DNA of 64,000 bases from an uncultured Verrucomicrobiae bacterium (lineage in GTDB: Bacteria; Verrucomicrobiota; Verrucomicrobiia; Limisphaerales; Palsa-1400), in assembly GCA_963702845.1 (NCBI GenBank), contig OY969763.1, positions 2,048,001-2,112,000 of the forward strand. Direction: 5' to 3'. Both the position numbers and the translations under genes were made by a program. Positions within the stretch are counted from its first letter, which is position 1. Every line of letters begins with the position of its first letter. The notes below the pieces were generated by a model, which was given only the letters and a program-made list of their open reading frames with translations, had not been told where the DNA came from and searched no databases. Shown here in pieces: positions 20,590-30,402 of the stretch.

Positions 20590-23500
20590 TTAATCTACGG
20601 GTTTTTGCGTGCCGGCTCGTTTATGGCGGACGCGAGCCACAATTTTTTCCACGGCAGCAAACGTTACCGGAACCAGCAGGGTGTCGACAAGTGTCGCCCC
20701 TAACATTCCGCCGATGACAACGGTGCCGAGGGTTTTACGGGAAATAGCGCCGGAACCGGAGGCCAACCACAAGGGCATACAACCCAAAATGAATGCCAAC
20801 GACGTCATCAAAATTGGCCGCAAGCGGATGCGCGCACCCTCTAACGCGGCGTGGAAAACATCTTTGCCACGTTGCTCGTACTCGGTTTTCGCAAAGGAGA
20901 CGATCAGGATGGCGTTTTTCGCAGCGAGACCGATCAGCATGACCAAGCCGATCTGCGCATAAATATTGTTTTGGAAGTCGCGGATCGTCAGCGCCAGGAA
21001 TGCACCGAGGATGGCGGTGGGCGTTCCGAGCAGAACGCTGAAGGGCAGGGACCAGCTTTCAAATTGTGCCGCGAGAATCAGGAACACACAGGCAAGGGAA
21101 AGCGTGAATACCTGCCACGTCTTGACGCCTTCGGCAGCTTGCTTTTCCTGGAAGGACATGCCGAAGTAGCCGAAGCCCATGTCTTGAGGCATGGTTTGCG
21201 CGAAGACTTTTTCGAGTTCATCGTTGGCTTGTTGAGAGCTAATGCCCGAGGCCGCCGTTCCGTTGATTTGAGCGACCGGAAATTCGTTGAAGTGCATGAT
21301 GAACTCAGGACCAAACTTGCGTTGAACTGTGGCGAAGGCGGACAACGGCACGCTTTGGCCATTGTTATTGCGGACGTAGAAGAACCGAATGTCGTCCGGG
21401 CTGCGTCGATATTCGTCTTCAGCTTCAACATAGACCTGCCATTGGCGGCCGAAGCGGTTGAAGTAGTTAACGAAGGCGCCACCGAGGTATGCTTGTAACG
21501 TTCGATAAACCTCGCTCAGCGGCACGCCTTGCTTGAGCGCTTTGTCGCGGTCCACTTTGACATACAACTGCGGCACACTCGGGAGAAATGTCGTGCTGAG
21601 ACCGGTAAGAATATTGGTGTGCTTTTTGGCTTCAGCCATGAACTTGTCGAGATTCTGTTTCAGATAAGTTAAATCCTGCCGGCCAGATTTATCTTCGAGC
21701 ATGAACGTAAAACCGCCTGATGTTCCGACGCCGGGAATGGCTGGTGGCGAAAATGCGAAGGCTTGTGCTTCGGGAAGTTTGCCGAGTTCGGTTTTAATTT
21801 TATCGCGGATGGCAGAATATTGTTCTTCAGGCTTCGTGCGTTCGCCCCACGGCTGGAGGGTGACAAAGAAGAAGCAATTATAAGTCGCCTGCACCTGGCT
21901 CAGGAGACTGAAACCTTCGACCGTTGTGACGTAGCGGACACCTGGAATCTTCTGGATGATGTTCTCGATTTGTTTTGCGACGGCGTCGGTGCGCTCCAAT
22001 GAAGCGGCCTGCGGGAGGGTTGCCATTGCGAAGGCGTAGCCTTGATCTTCTTCAGGGACGAAGGCCTTGGGCAATCGTGAGCCCATAAAGACTGCCACGC
22101 CGCCGATCATCAAAAGAAAAATCAACGCGATGGTTGTCTTGCGCACGAGCGCGCCACTGACGCGCATGTATTCGTGCTGGGTGCGATCGAACACCCGGTT
22201 GAACCAATCGTAGAATTTTTGCAACGGTTTCGGCGCTTTGTATTCGCCGTGTTGGCGCAGCAACATGGCCGCAAGCGCCGGGCTCAAGGACATGGCGTTG
22301 AAGGCGGAGAGAAAAACCGAAATCACGATCGTCATCGCGAATTGTTGGTAAAGGCGGCCGGTGATGCCTGCAATAAACACCGTAGGAATAAAGACGGCAG
22401 CGAGAATCAGCGCCAGCGCGACCACCGGTCCGGCGACCTCGTGCATCGCGCAAAGTGCCGCTTCCTTTGAATCCATGCCAGCGTCGATGTGACGTTGGGT
22501 TGCTTCGACAACAACAATGGCGTCATCGACGACCAGACCGATGGCGAGCACCAGCCCGAAGAGCGACAAGGTGTTGATTGAAAAACCGAATAACGGGAAG
22601 AATGCGAACGTTCCGATGAGCGCGACTGGAATGGCGAGCAGGGGAATAATGGACGCGCGCCAGCCTTGCAGGAAGACGAAGACGACGATCACGACGAGGA
22701 CGAGCGCAATCCAAAACGTCTTCATGATTTCGTCCACACCGGCTGAAACGGCTTTCGTTGTGTCCAGCGATACGACGTACTCAAGATCGGACGGAAACGC
22801 TTTTTTGAGTTGATCCATCAACTTGGTCACTTCTTTGGCATCGTCGAGAGCGTTGGAGCCGGGCAATTGATAAATCGCCAACACCGCGGATGGGCGACCA
22901 TTGATTTTGCCAACGATACTATAAGTCTGTGATCCAAGCTCAATGCGCGCGACGTCTTTCAAACGCACCATCGAACCATCGGGATTGGCGCGCACGACAA
23001 TGTTGCCGAACTCCTCTTCCGTGACGAGACGGCTTTGCGCAGTGACCGTGTATGTGAATTCTTGTCCTTTCGGTGTTGGTGGGCCGCCGATTTGACCGGC
23101 GGGATTGACCGTGTTCTGCGCGTTAACGGCGTTGATGATGTCACTAACTGTGATGTTAAGCTTGGCCAGGTGGTCTGGCTTGACCCAATAACGCATTGCA
23201 TACTGTCCTGCTCCGAAGACGAACACATCCGAGATGCCTTTCAATTGTAGAACTCGATCAACGATGTTGATGTAAGCGTAATTGGCCAAAAACGTTCCGT
23301 CATGCGTTCCGTTCGGCGAAAGCAAACCAACGAGCATTAATGGGCTGGTCGGCGACTTGCGAAGTTGTGCGCCGAAATTGCGAACGTCGGCGGGTAGAGT
23401 TGGCTCTGCTTGATTGTAACGCAACTGCGTCAACATCTGGTCAATGTTCGGATCGCTTTTGACGTCGAAGTTCACGCCCATGCGCATCTGACCGTTGTTC

Positions 23501-23748
23501 GCGCTGATTGTGTACATGTAGTTCAAACCCTCGACACCGGCCATTTGCTCCTCAATCGGAGTGGCAACAGATTCGGCGAGCGTTTGCGCGTCAGCGCCCG
23601 GATAAGTTGTCGTCAGGCGCATTTCCGGCGGGACGATTTGCGGGAACTGCGCGACTGGCAACGTGAACATCGAAATGCCGCCGATGATCACCATGAGAAT
23701 GGCGATGACCATCGCGACAATCGGACGATTAATGAAGAAGCGATACAT
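20590..23748 (-). CDS. RND efflux permease, HAE1 family
   Basis: [35 protein letters not shown]; 1052 aa. Confidence 0.95.
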   Translation of the reverse strand: MYRFFINRPIVAMVIAILMVIIGGISMFTLPVAQFPQIVPPEMRLTTTYPGADAQTLAESVATPIEEQMAGVEGLNYMYTISANNGQMRMGVNFDVKSDPNIDQMLTQLRYNQAEPTLPADVRNFGAQLRKSPTSPLMLVGLLSPNGTHDGTFLANYAYINIVDRVLQLKGISDVFVFGAGQYAMRYWVKPDHLAKLNITVSDIINAVNAQNTVNPAGQIGGPPTPKGQEFTYTVTAQSRLVTEEEFGNIVVRANPDGSMVRLKDVARIELGSQTYSIVGKINGRPSAVLAIYQLPGSNALDDAKEVTKLMDQLKKAFPSDLEYVVSLDTTKAVSAGVDEIMKTFWIALVLVVIVVFVFLQGWRASIIPLLAIPVALIGTFAFFPLFGFSINTLSLFGLVLAIGLVVDDAIVVVEATQRHIDAGMDSKEAALCAMHEVAGPVVALALILAAVFIPTVFIAGITGRLYQQFAMTIVISVFLSAFNAMSLSPALAAMLLRQHGEYKAPKPLQKFYDWFNRVFDRTQHEYMRVSGALVRKTTIALIFLLMIGGVAVFMGSRLPKAFVPEEDQGYAFAMATLPQAASLERTDAVAKQIENIIQKIPGVRYVTTVEGFSLLSQVQATYNCFFFVTLQPWGERTKPEEQYSAIRDKIKTELGKLPEAQAFAFSPPAIPGVGTSGGFTFMLEDKSGRQDLTYLKQNLDKFMAEAKKHTNILTGLSTTFLPSVPQLYVKVDRDKALKQGVPLSEVYRTLQAYLGGAFVNYFNRFGRQWQVYVEAEDEYRRSPDDIRFFYVRNNNGQSVPLSAFATVQRKFGPEFIMHFNEFPVAQINGTAASGISSQQANDELEKVFAQTMPQDMGFGYFGMSFQEKQAAEGVKTWQVFTLSLACVFLILAAQFESWSLPFSVLLGTPTAILGAFLALTIRDFQNNIYAQIGLVMLIGLAAKNAILIVSFAKTEYEQRGKDVFHAALEGARIRLRPILMTSLAFILGCMPLWLASGSGAISRKTLGTVVIGGMLGATLVDTLLVPVTFAAVEKIVARVRHKRAGTQKPVD

Positions 23749-24906
23749 CTACTTTGTTGCCTGATTGGCGGCTGGTTGGTCCGCAGTGCTGTTCGAAACG
23801 AACGGCTCTGGGTTAACGACTGTTCCTTCCTTCGCTTTATCAACACCCTCAACAACGAGACGTTCGCCGGGTGCGAGGCCTTGCTCGACGACAATATTGC
23901 TTCCTATCGCTTCTCGGGCAGTAACTGGCTTCACATGGGCTTTGTTATCGTCACCGATGACAGAGACCTGGACTGTGCCTTGCAGCTCAGTTATGGCACG
24001 TTGTGGAATCAGGAAGACGTTGGTTCTGATTTGCGTTTGAGCGCGAATGCGAGCGTACTGGCCGGGACGCAGCAGGAGATTCGGGTTAGGGAAGAGCCCG
24101 CCGATTTGCAAGGTTCCGGTTGTTGGATTTACAGAGCGATCAGCGATGTAGAACTTGCCCTTGTATGGAAATACGGAATTGTCGCTTAGGATTAGCTGCA
24201 AGGGCAATTGATTGGTGTCGGCGTTTTCCGAATCAAGAAAACGGCGCCAATACTCCAAATACGATCGTTCGTTGACGGGGAAGTATACGCGGATGGGATT
24301 AATCGAAGAAGCTATGGTGAGCGCGTTGGCGTTCGGTCCGACAAGGTCGCCGATCTGCGAGAGAGCAAATCCAGCGATGCCGTTAATAGGCGATGTGATT
24401 TTTGTGAAACTAAGGTTGAGTTCGGCATTGGTAACCGCGGCACGGTCGGCTTTGACTTGAGCCATGGCGGCGAGATTAGCCTGGATTGCATTGTCGAGGT
24501 CCTCCTGGCTGACGGCCTGCTCTTTGGCCAGTGGCGTGTAACGTTGCACATCCAGTTCCGTTTTATGCAATTCCGCCTCGTCTTGCGCGAGTTTGGCTTC
24601 CGCTTGTCCAAGGACTGCCTGGAACGGACGAGGATCAATTTCAAAAAGCAACTGACCCTTCTGAACCACTGTGCCTTCTTTGTAATTTTGCGAAAGCAGA
24701 TAGCCGGATACCTGAGCGCGGATTTGGGCATTGACGGCTCCGTCAAGTGTGCCAATCCATTCCTGCGTGATGGCTACATTCGTTGGCGAAACGGTGATGA
24801 ACTGCACGACTGCCGGAGCGGGAGGTGGTGGTTGTTTCTTACTACAGCCGGAGAGAACTGCGAATGCTGCCGCCACAACAATCCCAGCGAAGAATTTCGT
24901 ATTCAA
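23749..24906 (-). CDS. RND periplasmic adaptor (MFP) lipoprotein
   Basis: Lipobox LSGC, IRAQVSG, LFEIDPRPF, ITSPING, LRPGQY. Confidence 0.92.
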   Translation of the reverse strand: MNTKFFAGIVVAAAFAVLSGCSKKQPPPPAPAVVQFITVSPTNVAITQEWIGTLDGAVNAQIRAQVSGYLLSQNYKEGTVVQKGQLLFEIDPRPFQAVLGQAEAKLAQDEAELHKTELDVQRYTPLAKEQAVSQEDLDNAIQANLAAMAQVKADRAAVTNAELNLSFTKITSPINGIAGFALSQIGDLVGPNANALTIASSINPIRVYFPVNERSYLEYWRRFLDSENADTNQLPLQLILSDNSVFPYKGKFYIADRSVNPTTGTLQIGGLFPNPNLLLRPGQYARIRAQTQIRTNVFLIPQRAITELQGTVQVSVIGDDNKAHVKPVTAREAIGSNIVVEQGLAPGERLVVEGVDKAKEGTVVNPEPFVSNSTADQPAANQATK

Positions 24907-24997
24907 AACACCAATTTTCTTTGTGGATGAAAAATGTCAACTCCAAGTTGATTTAAAAATTTCCACAACTGACTGCCGTCGAGGTAAATGAGGGAAG

Positions 24998-25074
24998 TGG
25001 CGCGCCCGGCGCGATTCGAACGCGCGACCCTCTGCTTAGAAGGCAGATGCTCTATCCAACTGAGCTACGGGCGC
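24998..25074 (-). tRNA. tRNA-Arg (anticodon TCT)
   Basis: GCGCCCGTAGCTCAGTTGGATAGAGCATCTGCCTTCTAAGCAGAGGGTCGCGCGTTCGAATCGCGCCGGGCGCGCCA: cloverleaf with encoded CCA. Confidence 0.96.
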
Positions 25075-25264
25075 AACAACGCTTTGTGAAAAGCGGATTC
25101 ACTATGCGCTTTTTCGTCGGAAAGGCAAATCTACAAAAGTTGTAGGTACCTAAGCTACAAGAATACAGCTATTTCAATTACTCGTCTGCAATTTAGTTGA
25201 CGGTGTAAAAATTTAGTCTCATAACTCTCACGTCCCCCCGAAAACCGCAGAAAACAAAACCATT

Positions 25265-26977
25265 ATGAAAAGTTACGTACTCTACCAATCGTATAAATCA
25301 CTCACCTCGTCAAAAATCTGGCAAAAATTATTCGTCGCAGGCGTTTTCGCTTTCGGCGTTTTGTCTACTCACGCAGCGTGCGGACACGCCGATAATTTTT
25401 CACACTCATACCCGGCCTATGACGCGACGTGGTCGCAAGATGACTGTGAACAGTATGCCGCCAGCGGCATCGGGCATTGTTACAATTTTGGCGGCGATGC
25501 CGGGTGGGGTGGCTCGATCGAAGGTGTCGATTGTTCCGCGTATTGCTCCCGTGTATGGGCTATTCCAGGCCATATCGGCCAAACGGTTACTGGTGCGCAT
25601 CCTTACAGCACTTATTCGTGGTATCCAAATGACGGTTCAATACCCACTCCGCCTGCGCACACTCACTTCGTAACCGTAAACAGCATCCAAGATATTCAGC
25701 CGTACGATTGCTTCGTTGTGAACGCGAACTTCGGCAATCTCGGAATTCATCACATGGGTCTGATCGAAAGCATCGACTATGAGGGTGGCGTTATTTATAC
25801 GCGCGAAGCCAATTGTTCCACTCAACCCACCAGCGGATGCGACGGCCCAGACGGCATCCACGACAAGGCATGGAACTATTCAACGCTCCTGGGAGGCGGT
25901 GCAGCCCGCATCATTCGCCGCAACGATTGGGGCGCGAGCACGAATAAATCCACCGTGGGTCCGATCGCCAGGAATTCAAACGGCGCACTGGATATGTTTG
26001 GCATCGGTAGCGATACCGCCGTCTGGCACGACGTTCAGGCAGGTCCCAACGGGAGTTGGAATGGATGGGCCACCCTGAATCAAACAGGTTCTGTTCCCGG
26101 TTGTGCCGCCACACGGAATCTGGACGGCCGTCTCGAAGTCTACGCCGTTGGTTCCGGCAAGAATGTCATGCGCAAAAATCAAACGGCCGTCGGTGGTAGT
26201 TGGAGTTCCTGGTCCAGCCTCGGTGGAACCGGCACGACCAATTTGCAAGTGATCACCAACCTCGATGGACGCATCGAACTGTTCGGCATCGGCACCAATG
26301 GCGATGTCTGGCACACCTGGCAATCGTCCGCCAACGGTAGTTTTGTCGGTAGTTGGTTCGATCGCGTTGGCAAGAAGATTAACCCAGGTTATGTCGTGGC
26401 CATGAATGCCGACGGAACGTTGGAGCTTTTCGGCGTCGCGAGCGATACGCACGTCTGGCACAACTATCAGACTAATGCCGGCAGCGGTTGGAAAGGGTGG
26501 TCTGATTTAGGCGGCACGAGTATGAACGCGCGCCTGGCTGTCGCAAAAGACGAAGACGGTCGCCTGGAAGTATTTGCCATCGGCAGCAACTCCGATATCT
26601 GGGTAAATTTCCAAACATCGCCGGGAGGAAGTTATAGCGGATGGTTTGACTTGGGCGGCAATGGAACCAAAGCCGGGTTTGTCGTTGGAATCAACGCCAC
26701 TGGTCGGCTTGAGATGTTTGGCGTGGGCAGCAATTCAGATCTCTGGCATTCGATCCAGACTACCCCCGGTGGTGGTTGGACACCGTGGAGGGACATGGGG
26801 CAAGCCGGTTTAAACCGTCAACTGCTGCTCGGTAACAATGCCGATGGCCGGTTGCAAGTCTTCGGCATTGGCTCCAACGGTCACGTCATGTCGAACTTCC
26901 AACTCACTCCTGGCGGGTCATGGTTCGGTTGGCTCGACATGGCTGGCGCGGGCACGAAGTTTTATTACGGGCAGTAG
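25265..26977 (+). CDS. Secreted NlpC/P60(CHAP)-like domain fused to a 7-blade PLL-like lectin beta-propeller
   Basis: YNFGG...GVDCSAY..RVW...HHMGLI...EAN catalytic-type pattern, then seven N.DGRLE.F..G....WH..Q..P.G.W..W repeats. Confidence 0.7.
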   Translation: MKSYVLYQSYKSLTSSKIWQKLFVAGVFAFGVLSTHAACGHADNFSHSYPAYDATWSQDDCEQYAASGIGHCYNFGGDAGWGGSIEGVDCSAYCSRVWAIPGHIGQTVTGAHPYSTYSWYPNDGSIPTPPAHTHFVTVNSIQDIQPYDCFVVNANFGNLGIHHMGLIESIDYEGGVIYTREANCSTQPTSGCDGPDGIHDKAWNYSTLLGGGAARIIRRNDWGASTNKSTVGPIARNSNGALDMFGIGSDTAVWHDVQAGPNGSWNGWATLNQTGSVPGCAATRNLDGRLEVYAVGSGKNVMRKNQTAVGGSWSSWSSLGGTGTTNLQVITNLDGRIELFGIGTNGDVWHTWQSSANGSFVGSWFDRVGKKINPGYVVAMNADGTLELFGVASDTHVWHNYQTNAGSGWKGWSDLGGTSMNARLAVAKDEDGRLEVFAIGSNSDIWVNFQTSPGGSYSGWFDLGGNGTKAGFVVGINATGRLEMFGVGSNSDLWHSIQTTPGGGWTPWRDMGQAGLNRQLLLGNNADGRLQVFGIGSNGHVMSNFQLTPGGSWFGWLDMAGAGTKFYYGQ

Positions 26978-26999
26978 AATCAAACTGCCTCTGGTTTTG

Positions 27000-27043
27000 C
27001 CGGCGCTGCGCTGAAGAGAGAAAAGCTTTTCAGTCAGCGCCGG
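27000..27043. terminator. Stem-loop after the lectin gene (possible terminator)
   Basis: ccggcgctg...cagcgccgg outer stem with inner ctgaa/ttcag pairing; no clean U-tract. Confidence 0.4.
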
Positions 27044-27211
27044 TATGAGCCCTCTCTGGCTTCAGGTTGTTGCATAAATATCTTAAGGCGTGGCTTGGGA
27101 ATATATGAGTGCATGAAGCGATTTGCCACCTATAAGCCTTAAGGGGTTTGACTATCTTTTTTTTTACCTTTCCAAGAGTAACGTCGCTAGTGAGGGGGCG
27201 GGCACTAGCAT

Positions 27212-28908
27212 ATGGAATGGTTGGTTCAAACATTGCGGCAGTATCCGGAAATTGCGATTTTTCTCGCGCTGGCGGTCGGGTTTTGGATTGGGAATCTCAA
27301 GTTTGGCTCGTTTAGTCTTGGGGTTGTTACGAGTGTTTTGCTTGCGGGGGTTTTGATTGGACAACTTAAAATTCAAATCTCGCCGAATGTAAAATCGACA
27401 TTTTTTCTGATGTTCCTGTTCGCCGTAGGTTACGGGGTCGGCCCGCAATTTTTTCGAGGTCTCAAAAGTGGTGGGTTAAAACAGGTGTTATTTGCAGTGA
27501 TACTGGTCTTTTGTTGTCTGCTGACCGCTGTGCTCATGGGCAAGGTCCTGGGTTACGATGCCGGGTCGACGGCTGGGCTTCTTTCCGGAGCCTGCACCAT
27601 TTCGGCTGTGTTGGGTGTTGCGTCAGACACGATCAATCAATTGGCGATAACGCCGAGAACAAAAAACGCAATTGATCGACAACATGCCGGTTGCGTACGC
27701 CGTCACCTATTTGTTTGGCACGGCTGGTTCAGCGTGGATATTGGCTTCGCTGGGGCCAAAAATCTTGCGTGTTGATTTGCCGAAAGCATGCAAGGAATAC
27801 GAAGAAAAGATGGGCGGTATGGCACCGGACGATGGCATCGGCGTCGGCTTACACAGAGTGGCTGGTGCGTGCTTACAGGGTCAGCGGTGCAAGCGAGGTT
27901 CGGGACAAAACGGTTGAGGCAATCGAGGAGAGCTTCCGTCCGGATCGTGTGTTTATCGGTCGAATACGCCATGGAGAGCACATTACTGACGCAGAGCCTG
28001 CATCAGTGATTGCCGAAGGTGATGTTGTTGCGGTTGCGGCGCGTCGCAGCGTGCTGTTGCCGATCGAGCACCTTTTTGGAAAGGAAGTTGATGATCGCGA
28101 ATTGATGGATGTTGCCACGGAAACGTTGGACGTGGTCATAACACGCAAGGAGATTGTCGGTCGCACCATCAAAGAGATTGCCGGCTCGGACAAGATGCGG
28201 GAACACGGACGTTGCGTGTTTGCAAAAAAAATCATGCGTGGTGGGATCGAAATGCCCTTGCACCCGAATACAACCATTGACCGGGGCGATGTGGTCACGC
28301 TTGTGGGCGCACATAAGGATGTGGAGAACGCTGTCACGTTGCTTGGCTATGCAGATCGTACCACGGATAAAACCGACATGACGTTCATGGGCCTGGGAAT
28401 TGTGATTGGAGCATTGATTGGTGCTATCACACTTCACGTCGGGAAAATTCCTTTAAGCCTGAGTACTAGCGGAGGTGCGTTGTTTGCGGGACTCGTTTGC
28501 GGTTGGTTGCGTTCGGTTAATCGTGCCTTCGGGCAAATTCCGGCGCCTGCGTTGTGGGTCTTCAATAATGTCGGGCTGTGCGGCTTCATCGCGGTTGTTG
28601 GAATCACTGCCGGTCCGGGCTTTGTCGCTGGACTGAAAAGCAATGGCCTCACGCTTTTGCTCGCGGGCATCGTGGTTACGACGGTGCCGTTTATCGTTGG
28701 TTTGTTGATCGGTAAATATTTTTTCAAATTTCATCCCGCGATAAATCTGGGAGCTTGCGCTGGAGCGCGCACGACCACCGCAGCATTGGGGGCCATCGAG
28801 GAAGCAGCGCAAAGCAAAGTGCCGGCGTTGGGTTACACCGTTCCGTACGCCGTTGGAAATACGCTCCTGATTATCTGGGGCGTGGTGATCGTGATTATTA
28901 TGAAATGA
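27212..28908 (+). CDS. aspT: AspT/YidE-family antiporter 1 (frameshifts near 27660 and 27840)
   Basis: [26 protein letters not shown], two TrkA-C domains, [22 protein letters not shown]. Confidence 0.88.
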
Positions 28909-28923
28909 TTTTTGGGAGGATTT

Positions 28924-30357
28924 ATGAAATCGATACAAAGTTACCTGGGCGCACCGACGAAGAAACGAACCGCCGGAAAACCGCGCGTGCAGAAGCACTT
29001 TAATGTTCCGTCGGGTCTTCTCGACCAGTTCAATCTCGAGATTCCGGAAGAATTTCCAGAGCACTCGATCAATCCGCGAGCTGCGATGAACATCGTGAAC
29101 AGCGAGTCGTGGACCGACGCCAATCCGATGCTCAACTTGTCATCCTTCGTGACGACGTTTCATGAACCTGAAGAAGCCGAGGTGGCCAAGCAGAACATCA
29201 TGAAGAATTACATCGACCATGACATGTACCCGCAGGTCTTCGCGATGGAGAAGAAGATGGTCAAATGGCTGCATCATCTTTGGAATGGGCCGAAGAATGT
29301 TGAGCCATACGGGACGGCAACGATTGGGTCGTCGGAGGCCTGCATGCTCGCCGGTTTGGCGCATAAATGGAATTGGCGTGAAGCGAGAAAGAAGGCAAAG
29401 AAAGACTTCAGCAAGCCAAACATGGTCACAGGCGGCAACGTGCAAATCGTTTGGAAAAAGTTTCTGAAGTATTTCGATGTTGAACCACGAATCGCGCCGC
29501 TCGAGGTCGATAACTACCGACTGACGACAAAGCATCTCGAAAAGCTTGTGGATGAGAACACGATTTGTGTCGTGGCGATCGCGGGCCAGACGTTCACCGG
29601 CGAGGACGACGACATCCAGGAAATTCACGATTGGCTGGATAAATATGAGAAGCGAACGGGGATCAACATTCCGATGCACATTGATGGAGCTTCGGGGGCG
29701 TTTGTAAATCCATTCCTATATCCAGATTACAAATGGGATTTTCGTTTGCCGCGCGTGCAATCAATTAATGCTTCCGGACACAAATTCGGTCTCACGCCTC
29801 CCGGTCTCGGTTGGATTGTGTTCAAGGAACGCAAAATCTTTAATGAGGATCTGGTATTTTATGTGAACTATCTCGGTGGCGAACACCCGACGGCGACTTT
29901 AAATTTCAGCCGTAACGCGATGCAGATCGCGGTGCAGTATTATCTGTTCTTACGTCTCGGACGGGAGGGATACACCGCGATCATGGAGCACGCGGTCAAT
30001 AATGCGGAGAGGCTGCGTGAACAACTGGTTGAGAGCGGCTACTTCAACATCATGAACAAAACGCAACGCATTCCAGTGGTGGCGTTGACGCTAAAACCGC
30101 AGTTCAAAAATTTCAGCGAATACGATGTGTCTTCAAAAGTTCGTGAGCGCGGTTGGGTGTTATCTGCTTACACGATGCCGCCGAATGCGGAAGAAGTGCG
30201 CTCGTTGCGCATTGTCGTTCGGCCTCATCTCAATCGAAATGTCGTCGATATGCTTGCCAAAGATATCATCGAGGCTTGCGATTTTCTCAAGCGATTTGGC
30301 GGACACGTGCACCCGCCGCACCTGCATCCGGCCGGTCGGGTAACCACGAAGTGTTGA
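28924..30357 (+). CDS. gadB: Glutamate decarboxylase (PLP-dependent, group II)
   Basis: NLSSFVTT, KNYID..YPQ, GSSEACML, HIDGASG, SINASGHKFG (PLP Lys), YLGG...LNFSR; RBS GGAGG before the ATG at 28924. Confidence 0.9.
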   Translation: MKSIQSYLGAPTKKRTAGKPRVQKHFNVPSGLLDQFNLEIPEEFPEHSINPRAAMNIVNSESWTDANPMLNLSSFVTTFHEPEEAEVAKQNIMKNYIDHDMYPQVFAMEKKMVKWLHHLWNGPKNVEPYGTATIGSSEACMLAGLAHKWNWREARKKAKKDFSKPNMVTGGNVQIVWKKFLKYFDVEPRIAPLEVDNYRLTTKHLEKLVDENTICVVAIAGQTFTGEDDDIQEIHDWLDKYEKRTGINIPMHIDGASGAFVNPFLYPDYKWDFRLPRVQSINASGHKFGLTPPGLGWIVFKERKIFNEDLVFYVNYLGGEHPTATLNFSRNAMQIAVQYYLFLRLGREGYTAIMEHAVNNAERLREQLVESGYFNIMNKTQRIPVVALTLKPQFKNFSEYDVSSKVRERGWVLSAYTMPPNAEEVRSLRIVVRPHLNRNVVDMLAKDIIEACDFLKRFGGHVHPPHLHPAGRVTTKC

Positions 30358-30402
30358 TTTGGGGAACAAGCGAAACGTAACTAATGTGGGAGGAGGAGGA
30401 AT

